DNA from: Octopus bimaculoides
Taxonomy: Eukaryota
DNA: 64,000 bases
Reading direction: 5' to 3'
Assembly (NCBI RefSeq): GCF_001194135.2
Contig: NC_068997.1
Location: 11,883,420-11,947,419 of the forward strand
Shown here: positions 51,491 to 64,000 of the stretch, in pieces
Position numbering within the stretch: the first letter of the stretch is position 1
Layout: each line of letters begins with the position of its first letter
Program-made: the position numbers and the translations under genes
Notes under the pieces: generated by a model
Seen by the model: the letters and a program-made list of their open reading frames with translations, nothing else
What the model was told of the DNA's origin: nothing
Databases searched by the model: none

Positions 51491-51705
51491 ATCAACCCAA
51501 ACATGAACAAGCAAGAAAAGACACGAAAAAACAACAACGCGAGGACGTGGTACAAGTACAGTGTTATTGGGCGCTCAGGAAAGGACAGAAAAGAAAGAGG
51601 ATTTCACGTTTCGAGCGGAGCTATGCATCAGAAATATAGAAAAAGTCCAAAGAAGGGAAGACGGAAAAAGAAAATCGCCAACGATACACATGCAGCAGGG
51701 ATATA
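51491..51705 (-). mobile_element. Possible Penelope-like terminal-repeat-derived element next to (TA)n
   Basis: Purine-rich block next to (TA)n containing a hammerhead-like motif at 51601-51635. Confidence 0.45.
51601..51635 (-). ncRNA. Decayed minimal hammerhead ribozyme motif
   Basis: ATTT-CTGATGC-ATAGC-TCC-GCTC-GAAA-CGT-G-AAAT: stem I ATTT/AAAT, CUGAUG and GAAA core, stem II AGC/GCT; A9, G10.1 and H17 deviate. Confidence 0.5.
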
Positions 51706-52076
51706 CATAGAAGTTTATATACATACATAAATGCATGCATACAAGCATGCGTACGCACATACACATACATTTATAAAGATGTATATTTCTGCGTGTTTGT
51801 ATCAGATGTGCGACTTTGTTTAAACATATCTTCTCAACATGGTCATATGTTGTGTGACTATGTTAGCTTTCTTCACAAAAATGATTACATCCATCTATGC
51901 AAAAATACATGTTCTCTCGATTTACAACCTCAGTATTTACTTGCAAAAGATTTATAGCAATAAATGTCCTCGAATACAAAATGCAGCTGACTGTATTATA
52001 TAATGTATATGTGTGTGTGCGTGTATATATGTGTGTGTGTGTATGTGTGTGTCTGTGCGTGTGTGTGTATGTGTGT

Positions 52077-52119
<43 letters not shown>

Positions 52120-52134
52120 TATGTTTGTGTGTAC

Positions 52135-52500
52135 ATAAAAGGCTATCAGATGTACTGTTTGCGGATTTCAGGTGCATGGAAGTTCTGAAGGATGTAGTGC
52201 CTCCACAGCTAACATCTGAGGCGGGAAGCTTATTCCACGCCTCAGCGATTCTGAACGTGAAAAGATTTTTTTCCGAAAGTCGTGGGTCCTATGTTGTTTT
52301 TTTCAATTTTATAAGCGTGTCTGCGAGTGTTTGTCATGTGGAATTAAAGAATTTGCCCAAAGTGGTAATTGAAAAGATGGTGGATAATCTTGTGACTTCC
52401 TAGAATATGAGGAGGTTTAGTTCACTGGTGATCTAAAGGCACGCTGAGTAAGTGATATAATTGATCATCAGTTGGGTTCCAAGTCCAGATATGAGGCTGG
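52135..52500 (-). mobile_element. CR1-clade LINE 3' end
   Basis: KNLFTFRIAEAWNKLPASDVSCGGTTSFRTSM (CR1 FF..RV...WN.LP...V.A.S..SFK pattern); (CA)n tract downstream on the minus strand. Confidence 0.75.
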
Positions 52501-52543
52501 AGCTAGGGAACCGTATTAGGCTTTCGTGTTAGCAGGTATATAG

Positions 52544-53018
52544 TAGAGGAAAAGGACAATAAAACCAAGGTAGCACAAGTATCTCAAGTCATTTATAATA
52601 ATTTAGGGTAAAGTGAATTTGAATTCTTACAGCTGTTTCTGAGATATCCCAAGTGATAGGTTAGTATGTGTGTACATTGGGTATTCGGCCAACGGAAACA
52701 AGGTGAATGTATATGAAAGTTCCAGACAGGGAAATGGACAGTTTATAAGTTCTCCTGTGATTTTTTCCTCCTCTCTATATTCTATCTACTTTCACTGTTT
52801 ATTCTTCTATTTTATTCCTTATACACAGCTAATTTCCCTCTCTAGATCTTTCGTACATATCCACCTTGTCTCTGATGACGATATAATTTAGGTACGGACA
52901 GGCTAGCGTTTCACATGGTGCATTCCAGCAGTAAAAATTCAAATTCACCTTACTCTAAATTATTAAATTATTATGACTTGAGATTCTCGTCCTGCCTTGG
53001 TTTTTGTTGTCAATTTCC

Positions 53019-53022
<4 letters not shown>
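52544..53022. mobile_element. Fold-back / MITE-like element with ~190-bp inverted arms and a ~95-bp spacer in TA-rich context
   Basis: Arms 52544-52735 and 52832-53022; termini TAGAGGAAA...TTTCCTCTA; outer ~95 bp about 80% identical. Confidence 0.8.
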
Positions 53023-53061
<39 letters not shown>

Positions 53062-53933
53062 TAAGCAACACGATATCAAGAAGTGATGCATTACGACCGT
53101 TTCAACTGGCTCCATTTAATTGAACAATGCAATCATTACGTCNNNNNNNNNNNNNNNNNNNNNNNNNNNNNNNNNNNNNNNNNNNNNNNNNNNNNNNNNN
53201 NNNNNNNNNNNNNNNNNNNNNNNNNNNNNNNNNNNNNNNNNNNNNNNNNNNNNNNNNNNNNNNNNNNNNNNNNNNNNNNNNNNNNNNNNNNNNNNNNNNN
53301 NNNNNNNNNNNNNNNNNNNNNNATATATATATATACCTATATATATACCTATATATATATACATTTGAAATCGGTGGATAGATTGAACCATGTATATATT
53401 TCCCCGTCGCGCATACTTTGATTATGTGATATACACATATAACAATATTTAAAACTTTTAAAGAATAAAAGGTCATAGAATGTATTGCCAGTTCCATATT
53501 GATATTTGATTCAAAATGTCTTCACCATTAGAATTACACATTTACGTTCACCAAGAAATTTATTTCCGTATTTTTCTTCAAGGCCTTATATGCAATCCCT
53601 TTCTATAACTTTATAATTCTACTTTCAGAGAGTAAGTCTTGTTGGGATTAATTGCATCTGCATTAATTCAATATTTATTGCCAAAATATTTAAAAAATAA
53701 CTGGAGAAAGTTTGTGATTTTTGTTGTTGTTGCTTTTGTTGTCTATAGCACCGTTAGTGTTGTTATATCCAAAGTCAGCAGTTAACTGACAAATATTATG
53801 ATTTATTATTTATACCGTTCCTTAGATTAGATTTTAGCACTTACACACACACAGACACAGACAGACAGACAGACAGACACAAACACACACAAACACACGC
53901 ACACACACACATACACACACACAAACACACACA

Positions 53934-53976
<43 letters not shown>

Positions 53977-55260
53977 NNNNNNNNNNNNNNNNNNNNNNNN
54001 NNNNNNNNNNNNNNNNNNNNNNNNNNNNNNNNNNNNNNNNNNNNNNNNNNNNNNNNNNNNNNNNNNNNNNNNNNNNNNNNNNNNNNNNNNNACACTTTGT
54101 TAACGTCTCTCTTTCACGACAGAAAAACAAGGCTCATTTGCGCAAGTGTTTCTGGAGAACGGTGTTTATATATGTTCTGTCTCGTCAAACAAATCTAAAC
54201 GCATATATGTTGACGAAAAATGTTGTCCTCGCGTTCGAATCTTTTGGACGGTATTAAAAAGAAATATGCAAATTGTTTCATACCTCGATGTACACAGAGG
54301 AAACTGTCTACTGAATCGTACCACTCCGCTAACCGAGGTTCTGTGATTTAAGGAGTATTTGCTTTGACATATTTACACATAGCGTCATATATACTTCATG
54401 TATAAATCATAAATTATTTCATTTAAAGTTGCTAGCACAGGAAACCTATTGCTGGAAGTGGTGTAATTATATCCTTTGTTTCATGCTTCTGCAATACTTT
54501 TATTTTCGTATATTGAGTGATTTGAACATAGAGCCGTAAACATCTGCACTGTAATTATAAGTTACCAGATGTTTATGGCCATATTTCTTGATAATCAATA
54601 GCCTGTTAAGAGATCATTTCCATAAATGGAAATATGACGGGTATATGATAATATATTCACTATTCTTTTGTTTAATTAAACACGAATAAGTAAGTAAAAG
54701 AATAAAAGAATAAAAGAACAATCATACATTCCCCCGTTCTCTACGTCTTTTAACCCATCCATCTCTGTATTGATATATGTGTATATATATGTATATATAT
54801 GTATATATATGTATATACATATATATATATATNNNNNNNNNNNNNNNNNNNNNNNNNNNNNNNNNNNNNNNNNNNNNNNNNNNNNNNNNNNNNNNNNNNN
54901 NNNNNNNNNNNNNNNNNNNNNNNNNNNNNNNNNNNNNNNNNNNNNNNNNNNNNNNNNNNNNNNNNNNNNNNNNNNNNNNNNNNNNNNNNNNNNNNNNNNN
55001 NNNNNNNNNNNNNNNNNNNNNNNNNNNNNNNNNNNNNNNNNNNNNNNNNNNNNNNNNNNNNNNNNNNNNNNNNNNNNNNNNNNNNNNNNNNNNNNNNNNN
55101 NNNNNNNNNNNNNNNNNNNNNNNNNNNNNNNNNNNNNNNNNNNNNNNNNNNNNNNNNNNNNNNNNNNNNNNNNNNNNNNNNNNNNNNNNNNNNNNNNNNN
55201 NNNNNNNNNNNNNNNNNNNNNNNNNNNNNNNNNNNNNNNNNNNNNNNNNNNNNNNNNNNN

Positions 55261-55293
<33 letters not shown>

Positions 55294-57148
55294 TATATAT
55301 ATATTGTATGTATTTGTATGTATATGAATGTGTATGTTCGAATAGACATATGTATACACATACATTCGTACATAGATGTGCGTGCATGTGTATGTGTGTG
55401 AGTGTGTTTCTGTGTGCGGGTGTGCGTATGTGTGTGCGTGTGTGTACTTGTTTGTTGTCGCTACGATTGATGAATACGTGCGATTATGGTTTTGCGGGAA
55501 TTTGTATAGAATTTAATCGAGTTGCAATGTATATTAATTTATCTAAGCTGTTTTAATGCAATTTCAATTGGTATTATCAGATCTTCAAAAACCATTAACC
55601 TTTTCCCTATTGTAATTCTGATCGCATAACATATTATATATATATGTGAAATTAAAAACCCCGTGAAATAAATCTAACTCCATTTATTTTCTGCTTTAAT
55701 CACATTGAAGTACGATTATTTTCAGAGGAAAATGAACAATTAATAACCGATTATGTTATATCCAGGCTGGAATTGCTTTTAAATATTATTTTCAGTATTT
55801 TGTTTCCTAGTCAATACAATTAGCACATATTTGCTCGATCAACAACGAACTGCACAATTTCCAGTTCATAAGGATTAACTGCATTGAAATATCGATCGCT
55901 CTCTCAAACTTCAATATCTCCATTTTCAATGAGAAATTAACAGGGGAAAGACTAATATGCCAAAGTTCGATAGAGATGTATATTTTATGAGATATCGTTT
56001 TGTGATTTTTTGTTACTACGGTACAAATTTAGGATTTCGGCTCTTCTAGTGCAGTTTTCTGAGTGCAGATCAAAGTATGTGCACACACACACATAGACAC
56101 ACTCACACACATCACACACATATATATGGATACATGTATATACGTGTATATGTGTGCGTGCATGTGTGTGAGTGTGTGCATCTGTATATATATATATATA
56201 TATATNNNNNNNNNNNNNNNNNNNNNNNNNNNNNNNNNNNNNNNNNNNNNNNNNNNNNNNNNNNNNNNNNNNNNNNNNNNNNNNNNNNNNNNNNNNNNNN
56301 NNNNNNNNNNNNNNNNNNNNNNNNNNNNNNNNNNNNNNNNNNNNNNNNNNNNNNNNNNNNNNNNNNNNNNNNNNNNNNNNNNNNNNNNNNNNNNNNNNNN
56401 NNNNNNNNNNNNNNNNNNNNNNNNNNNNNNNNNNNNNNNNNNNNNNNNNNNNNNNNNNNNNNNNNNNNNNNNNNNNNNNNNNNNNNNNNNNNNNNNNNNN
56501 NNNNNNNNNNNNNNNNNNNNNNNNNNNNNNNNNNNNNNNNNNNNNNNNNNNNNNNNNNNNNNNNNNNNNNNNNNNNNNNNNNNNNNNNNNNNNNNNNNNN
56601 NNNNNNNNNNNNNNNNNNNNNNNNNNNNNNNNNNNNNNNNNNNNNNNNNNNNNNNNNNNNNNNNNNNNNNNNNNNNNNNNNNNNNNNNNNNNNNNNNNNN
56701 NNNNNNNNNNNNNNNNNNNNNNNNNNNNNNNNNNNNNNNNNNNNNNNNNNNNNNNNNNNNNNNNNNNNNNNNNNNNNNNNNNNNNNNNNNNNNNNNNNNN
56801 NNNNNNNNNNNNNNNNNNNNNNNNNNNNNNNNNNNNNNNNNNNNNNNNNNNNNNNNNNNNNNNNNNNNNNNNNNNNNNNNNNNNNNNNNNNNNNNNNNNN
56901 NNNNNNNNNNNNNNNNNNNNNNNNNNNNNNNNNNNNNNNNNNNNNNNNNNNNNNNNNNNNNNNNNNNNNNNNNNNNNNNNNNNNNNNNNNNNNNNNNNNN
57001 NNNNNNNNNNNNNNNNNNNNNNNNNNNNNNNNNNNNNNNNNNNNNNNNNNNNNNNNNNNNNNNNNNNNNNNNNNNNNNNNNNNNNNNNNNNNNNNNNNNN
57101 NNNNNNNNNNNNNNNNNNNNNNNNNNNNNNNNNNNNNNNNNNNNNNNA

Positions 57149-57285
57149 AAATGCTTATTAGCTTTTCATCCGTTACTACGTTTTGCGTTCAAATTCTGCC
57201 GAGGTCGAGTTTTTTCGGCGTCAATGAAAACAGTAGCAGTTGGGCACTGGGAATGATTTAACCGACTAGCCCCGCCTCACCTAAA
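57149..57285 (+). mobile_element. SINE family 2, diverged, 5' end in gap
   Basis: AAATGCTTA...GTTCAAATTCTGCCGAGGTCGA...GCACTGGG. Confidence 0.7.
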
Positions 57286-57539
57286 AAGTTGACACTTTAT
57301 ATTCAACTTTACGATGAGATATATTGTAAGAACAGAAATAAATTTATTTCTCAAACGCGTGATAATGCTATAAATAGCGTGATCAGGATAAATTATCCAT
57401 ATAATGCAGAAACATACGTTGCCGGCCAGCCATGGGATTCGAACTCACATTTCTGTGATTGGTTTAATGGTAAAACACTTGACAACGAATTCTTCTACAA
57501 TTTCAGAACTTAACTTATAAATTTAGTTTATGTTTATTA

Positions 57540-57748
57540 TACGAGGGAGTGCTGAAAATTTGTTGGTTTTAAAGGTATCACCTAAGGCCTGGTTGGAGGT
57601 CAAATTTTCCCTGTTCTGCTATTGGGCTTAGAAAAACTGAAGGACTGCTGCAATGTGTGAATATGAGAGTGAACTATGTCGAATAAAGCCATAATTAACG
57701 GATTCTCTTGTACTTTCTTTTGCCCAAAGACAGAAACGTATCAGCAAC

Positions 57749-57756
<8 letters not shown>
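57540..57756 (+). mobile_element. Non-autonomous mariner-derived miniature element
   Basis: TA-CGAGGGAGTGCTGAAAA left TIR; TCAGCAACCTCTCA-TA right TIR; internal GLEKLKDCCN / CVNMRVNYVE* resembling the mariner transposase C-terminus. Confidence 0.8.
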
Positions 57757-57784
<28 letters not shown>

Positions 57785-59726
57785 TATATATATATATATT
57801 CACCTATAACACGTATAGTGTGAGTCAGAATTTTAGAAATTCGCATTATAGTGGTTTATTACCCTTATCTTAAACGTGTTCAAGTATTTTTGTTTGATAT
57901 GTTCACTTTCTAATGGCTATTTAAACATAAACTTTATGATGAACAAATGAAATCTAACAGAAAATATCTACTATTAATATATGTTTATAACATATAAACT
58001 ATTTAATTGTTTGCCTGTAACGAGAATAATAATTCAGACGAAAATGTTAAAAGTTATCGAATATCCAAAATAGCAATGAAAATCATTGAACAGTCATAAC
58101 ATGTTGAGAGCTACGATAAATATATATATTCAGTTAGTTTTGTATTGCATATCAGCTGTAATAAACTTGTTACCGTATAAATTATTAATGATAGGAACAC
58201 ATCGTGAACGCTGTGCGTAGCTTTGTTTTTTTGTATTCATTTATTCTTGTGTAATCTTCATATAAATGTTTTCCAGTCAAACTCTCGCGACTATGAATGA
58301 CAAATTTACTTTCTTCTCATATATATGAGAGACACATAAATGTCGCTGTGGATAATAAAGTGCTACAACTGTTTTCTAGATCATTCGGAATATTAATGTA
58401 TCTAACACATTCTTTGATGGGGAATTTGTCCAGACAATCGCTGATTTATGCATTTATATGTCAGTAATAACGCAATATCATTGATACAGTATGCATTACC
58501 CGTGTTTAGCAAACGCGAAAACCACCACAAACACCACTTATGGTTCCTTAATGGTTAAACTAGCAGTAACAATATTTTCTAATTCTTGCTCCTTAAAATT
58601 GTTTTATATTAAATAAAATTTTTTCTTGCTTATTTTATTTATTTCTGCATAATACTTTGCATGATTGACTGATATTGATTGCTCTGATACGATAAAAATC
58701 TGCTTCCAAGGTGCTGAAAAGTGAGGAATACATTTACTTCAGATGTCTGCTATTTTTGAAAGAACTGCTAGCCAATCACTCAATAATCTGAGGAGAGTCT
58801 ACGTTCTGTGGCAAAGCTATCAGATTCGTTTCAACGACGTATTTGCGTTTATCAAGATACAACCTAACACACCATAGTTCTTTTTCATTATTAAAATACA
58901 AAAGATATTGTATTGAAAACAATATTATATATATATAGAATCTGAGCACAAGGTCTTCAAAATTTATTTATGGTAATATATAACAATGATATACTTACGG
59001 GAATATATAACAATAATCTAAAGCTAGATATTATGAGAATATTTAACAATTATGGAAATATATAGCGATAATCTGCAGTTAAATATCCTACATATGGTGC
59101 ATATCTTAATGTCTTTCATTAGTGAGAGATGTAGCTTTAATTTTCTAATATTTTCAAATCCTTATCTATCTATGGCAGATCAATCTTAGCGAAATAGGTA
59201 AAGTTGAAACATATATATATTATCTAAGACAGTGTCTATTCAATTTCAGAAGAAACACCTGCAGATTACCGCTCCTAATTATATATTATCAATTTGAATT
59301 CCAAAGAGAAATCTTCAAGATTGTTAGATATGCGATATATAGCATCCGAATCTGATTTAAATCACTCGCTTAGTTCTCAAAAAAGAGAACAATACACTTA
59401 ATAGTATTGCCCTATATATTTTAAAACATGCGAAAAGGCAACTACTGAATAGTCTTACATTCTATGTGTGCTCTTTTGGTTGTGAACTTAAATGAAATAA
59501 AACAGATTTCGTAATACAGCAACACATTGCACTACAGAAATGTTTACTATTAGTGTTTTAGAGTAAAATCTACACATAAAAAAATATAGTATTTATATCT
59601 TCGAAGATTTTTTTAATGATATAGCTCTTATATTGATATTTTTATTTTATTTTTACTTTTCATTATAAATTCTTTAAAAAGTAAGGCATATGTTTGGGAG
59701 ACGTGTTATCACAAATGATGCAATTC

Positions 59727-59907
59727 TTTTCTACTCTATGTACAAGACCCGAAACATCGACCCAGTATGCAACTGGTACTTAATTTATCGACCCCGAATG
59801 GATCAAAGGAAAAGTTGAGCTCGGTGGAATTTGAACTCAAAACGTAAAGAGAAATGAAATAACGCTAAGCATTTCGCCCGGTGTGCTAGCGTTTCTGCCA
59901 GCTCGCC
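59727..59907 (-). mobile_element. SINE family 2, near full length
   Basis: Minus strand GGCGAGCTGGCAGAAACGCTAGCACACCGGGCGAAATGCTTAGCG...GAGTTCAAATTCC...GGGGTCGATAAATTAAGTACCAG. Confidence 0.88.
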
Positions 59908-62900
59908 GTACAACAATAATGTTTTGAAGACACTTTAAACACTTCGGTGTTTATACCTTCATTAGAATAAAAATATTCCAAATTTCCTGCACCTAATCGA
60001 CACGTTCCCTAAAAATCTCTACTTAATCATATTTTTTCACAATCTTTTTTCTAAAATTATACTGAATACACACACATTTAAATATATACGAAAATAAAGG
60101 TTCGTTAAACTGGAGAAATAGATCAAGCATCATCATTTTGAAAATCACCTGAACTATCTACTGTACATCTTTTCAACGGGAGTAGCATTGACTTTAGCTT
60201 TGGTTTGTTTGAAAGCATATATCATCGAATTAAATAATAGATTCTACCAAACGACCCCACCACCACCGACATATTATTTGTATTGAAATTCTGAACAATT
60301 CTTTATCCTATTGATGCAAAGTTATTCCTGTGCCACGAAGTGTATATTCCATTTAATCAGCACCGGTGTATTGTACATTATAAATAGATATTTGCTTTCT
60401 GGAGAAGGGAGGAAATGCATAACTGAACTGGTTAAAATTTGAACCTAGAAATTGTGTTGACGGGATTTGGATACTGTAATTGATTTGGGTTGGCTTCCCA
60501 CGATTTATTTTTGGTAATACATTTATTGAGTTTGTTTAGATATGGAAAGGTATAACGTCAGCTAACAAGATTGGATAAAGAAAAATACGTATATCATGAA
60601 GATGCATGTAGTTCCTAAATTAAGTGATGAAGCAATGGGTTTCTATGCGAATCAAAATAAAATTTTGTAAAAAGCAGCAAAATCGTTAAAGATAATTTCA
60701 TTTTATTCTAATCATTTGCCTAGAATATTCTCTGTGTTAAAAACATCAAACTCTGATCAGCGGTCAAATTTTGAGACCGGTTAAGAGCTTAGAATCAAAA
60801 CGTACAAGATTCGTATTGATCAAGCATTAAAACATATAACAAGACTGTCTTCAGAAATATATTATTTAAAAATGATGATAAATGTTATAACGTAGGGCAA
60901 GATGAGTAGTGTCAATTGCGAAATCTGTATCACCTAGAAATGGTATGATAGATCAATCTTATCGATCTGAAAGGGGATATGATATGTATATCACGTAAGC
61001 CATTGTACAATAAATTCCCAGATTGAGGGTCAAATCACCGACAGCTAATTGCAGCTTTGAATTTAATGTCCCTTACACCCTTTTTTCTTTCACCTTCAAA
61101 CGATTAACGCAAATTGACTTTAATATTTTTCTAATAGATGTTTCCTTTAAAGATATGTATTTTAACATAAACCATTAATACAGGATAAAAAATCATCAGC
61201 AATTTTGAAAAATATTGTAGAAAATTCGTTGTGGATACAAAAAATTAAACTAAAATGTTCCGATGGAATAGAGAAGAGATCTATACGTTATTATATTCAT
61301 GAACACACGTCACAGATTTGTTACAAAAGACAAAGTATTTACCACATAACAATACAGATAGGATATAAAATGTGAAATATTAACAAAACAGCTGAAGCCA
61401 ATGAATGTAATGATTTGATATTCACAGGATATTGTCTAACGTATCAGTTTACTAATTTAAATGAAGCAATTGTTTAAATCCAGGAGAGAAAGAAACGATG
61501 TTCAGCATAATATATGGATTAAGAATTATCAATTGTAGCAATGCTACATCGGCTAATATACATACATATACTCATTCTTGCATGCATAAATACAGAATTA
61601 CATATACAAACGCATATATGCGTATGTGTGTGTGTTTCGACAAAAAAACTTAGTTGGAAGCATTTTCTATTTTAGCACATTTGTGTGAATAGAAAACCTA
61701 TGATACAAGGTAGTCAAATATATTTTACCAAACGATGTTGAACTCACGACACACGTGCTCAGTTTCAGAGAAACGATTTCTGACATGTTCAACACAACTA
61801 CATGACAGGTTTCATTCATCTGGTTGAGGTGAAAACTGACTGACGTATCTGTGATTTGAACTGAGAATGACGCGTGCAATTACATACCATTTATTTAGAT
61901 GACCTCAAAAAACAAAGATAAATGAAATAATAGGTGTGTTACAAAAATGTTTACAATGTGTTAATTCTGCTTAAATATCAATAACTTCGCGTCAAAGGGT
62001 ACTATTTTTTTATCGCACAAGGTTTTAGTTTTTTTTTTTTTAATCGTGCCGTGGCAAGTTTTTAAAGTAGGTTTTGACTTCTTCATATGAAAATGATCTA
62101 AATATTTTGGTACCGTATATAGAACATGATTCTGAATTTAAAGTATAGTAAATGGAAGATCATGCGATATCAAAATTGAAAATTTATTTCGCTATTGTCT
62201 TTTTTTCGTTTTTTTTTTTTTCGCCCCAAATAAAACTATTGGAATTAATACAAAACATGTTTTTTTCAGTAGCTTCGCTAGAGAGATGTTAGAAGACAGA
62301 ATTAAAAACGCAATGAAAATCAGCTATTAGATATATTATGTTCAAACTACTATAATAAGGAGGTATCAAATAATAAACAGTGAAATTGTAACAAGGCTAA
62401 CATTTCTAATTGCCTTTTAGTTTCATACAAAATATTTCACGGAGCACTAATTACATGCTAACTTCTGAATGTGTTTTACCAAATAAAATTTTAATAATAT
62501 GGTACGTGTATGCAAACGAAGAATAAAGTAAAACGAAACATTTGCGTCGTATGTGTTATTTTACTGAAATTTAAATTCGTTCTTGGCATATTCAGAAAAT
62601 TATTCTGAAATGTGCACCTGTGCATATAAAACTATATCTTTTAATGAAGATTTATACAGAAAATATCAAAAACTAAAACGCAATTCTGTCTGGTATTTAA
62701 ATATATTTGCTTCCTCTATAAATGTCTATACGGAGTGGCAAGTAATAAAAAAATATATAACATAATCTAACCTCGTTATTGAAATTAATACGTTCATTAA
62801 GTAATATTTATAGAGATGTCCTGCTGGCTCACGGTAATGGAAAATCATTTTCTGAAATAGTTCTCTCAGCGTATTCTACGTAATATTAGCTTAACACATA

Positions 62901-63124
62901 TAGTAATTTTCTAATATAAATTAGCAGCATAGATCACAATGCAAGCGCAGTCATGGCTGCAAGATGAAGAAAGTTGCTTTAATAACACGCGCTCTTACTT
63001 TGTATCGAACTCTGCATCATTCTTTGCAAGTGTCTTTCACCGATTCCTAAGATTGATCAATATTTCGTGAATAAAATCTGTTTTCAGATTATTGTGCGAC
63101 ATTCATTCACATTATACTTATGTA

Positions 63125-63174
<50 letters not shown>

Positions 63175-63189
63175 TTTGTACCTGTGTGT

Positions 63190-63415
63190 GTCTTTGTACC
63201 TATGTGTGGTTATCCGCACACCAATACTTGACAGCCGATTTTGATGTGTTTACGGCCCCGTAACTTTACAGTTTGGCATAAAGAACCGATAGAATAAGTA
63301 CTAGCTAGACATGCAGACGATATGTCCTGGTTTCGATCTCTTCTGCTGAAAAACCTTTAAAGGTGATGCCCCAGCATGGCCGCAGACAAATAACAGAAAC
63401 ACGCGAAAGAATATT
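63190..63415 (+). mobile_element. SINE family 1 3' half
   Basis: CTTGACAGCCGA...GTGTTTACGGCCCCGTAAC...CCGATAGAATAAGTACTAG...CCCCAGCATGGCCGCAG. Confidence 0.82.
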
Positions 63416-64000
63416 TAGGATAATGCTTGATGTAGACTGATCAGATATATTGGCATCATTAAGTGTAGCTGCAGGATGAGCATCCCATTGTTACTGGAGG
63501 AAATTTTTTCCCGTTCACTTCTATTCATTTTATTTATTTCCATAGATATATGGTTTACCAGAAAATTGCGTTCGCCAAGAGATGAATTCGAGATGATTCT
63601 TTTTGTAAATTACTGCAGTTTAGGCAAACATTTAACTTTACGTAGCACATAATCCTCTAGGCATACCTAGGATTAGAAATCACTGTAAAAGGCTGTCACT
63701 TCCACCACTTTCTTATAGCCACAGTAAGATCTGATGGCTCATTATAATTCATATAGTTTCCCTACAGACGCGTCACTGGCTTTTAGGTCTAAATATTGTC
63801 CAGCTGTTTCAATAGCTAAACAACATGCTACATTCTACTGTTAAAATCTTCTCTGAATTATGAAAATTAATACCTTAATTCACAAGCATTCAAACGCAAA
63901 TTCAATTTGCCATTCCCATCATACATTCATGTATGCATTTATTCAGAATTCCTGCAATATTTATTTTTCGTCGTTTAAGGCTAAAATCTTAATCTTATTT

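Noticed and set aside
54123-54346. 74-codon ORF with GSFAQVF (kinase-loop-like) and an antisense 57-nt exon candidate
   Set aside because: No further kinase motifs; splice context weak; directly adjacent to a gap.
1298-57261. Numerous long ORFs rich in YI, HT, CV, ER, SL or X
   Set aside because: Translations of (TA)n, (CA)n and (GA)n microsatellites or of N-gaps; not coding.

Overview
Eukaryotic, AT-rich (about 30-35% GC by eye), microsatellite-dense genomic DNA from a gapped draft assembly: 21 N-runs totalling about 5.7 kb, most flanked by (TA)n. The repeat landscape resembles Octopus/coleoid cephalopod DNA, an inference from recalled repeat families rather than a database search. No intact host gene can be supported, and nearly all long ORFs in the track are microsatellite or N-gap artefacts. 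Supported content: a decayed Tc1/mariner transposase with DD41D spacing, a mariner-derived miniature element, three CR1-clade LINE 3' fragments, an RTE-clade RT fragment, about 17 copies or fragments of three tRNA-headed SINE families, a degenerate ~178-bp satellite, and a hairpin-containing 35-bp minisatellite. The most notable structural signal is four long inverted-repeat (fold-back) structures: 6433-7138, 8512-9019, 43199-43720 and 52544-53022. There are also two decayed hammerhead-ribozyme-like motifs, a 22-bp pre-miRNA-like hairpin and a few weak exon candidates. I found no convincing novel multi-gene system; the best leads are dsRNA-forming elements and one candidate cysteine-rich exon.
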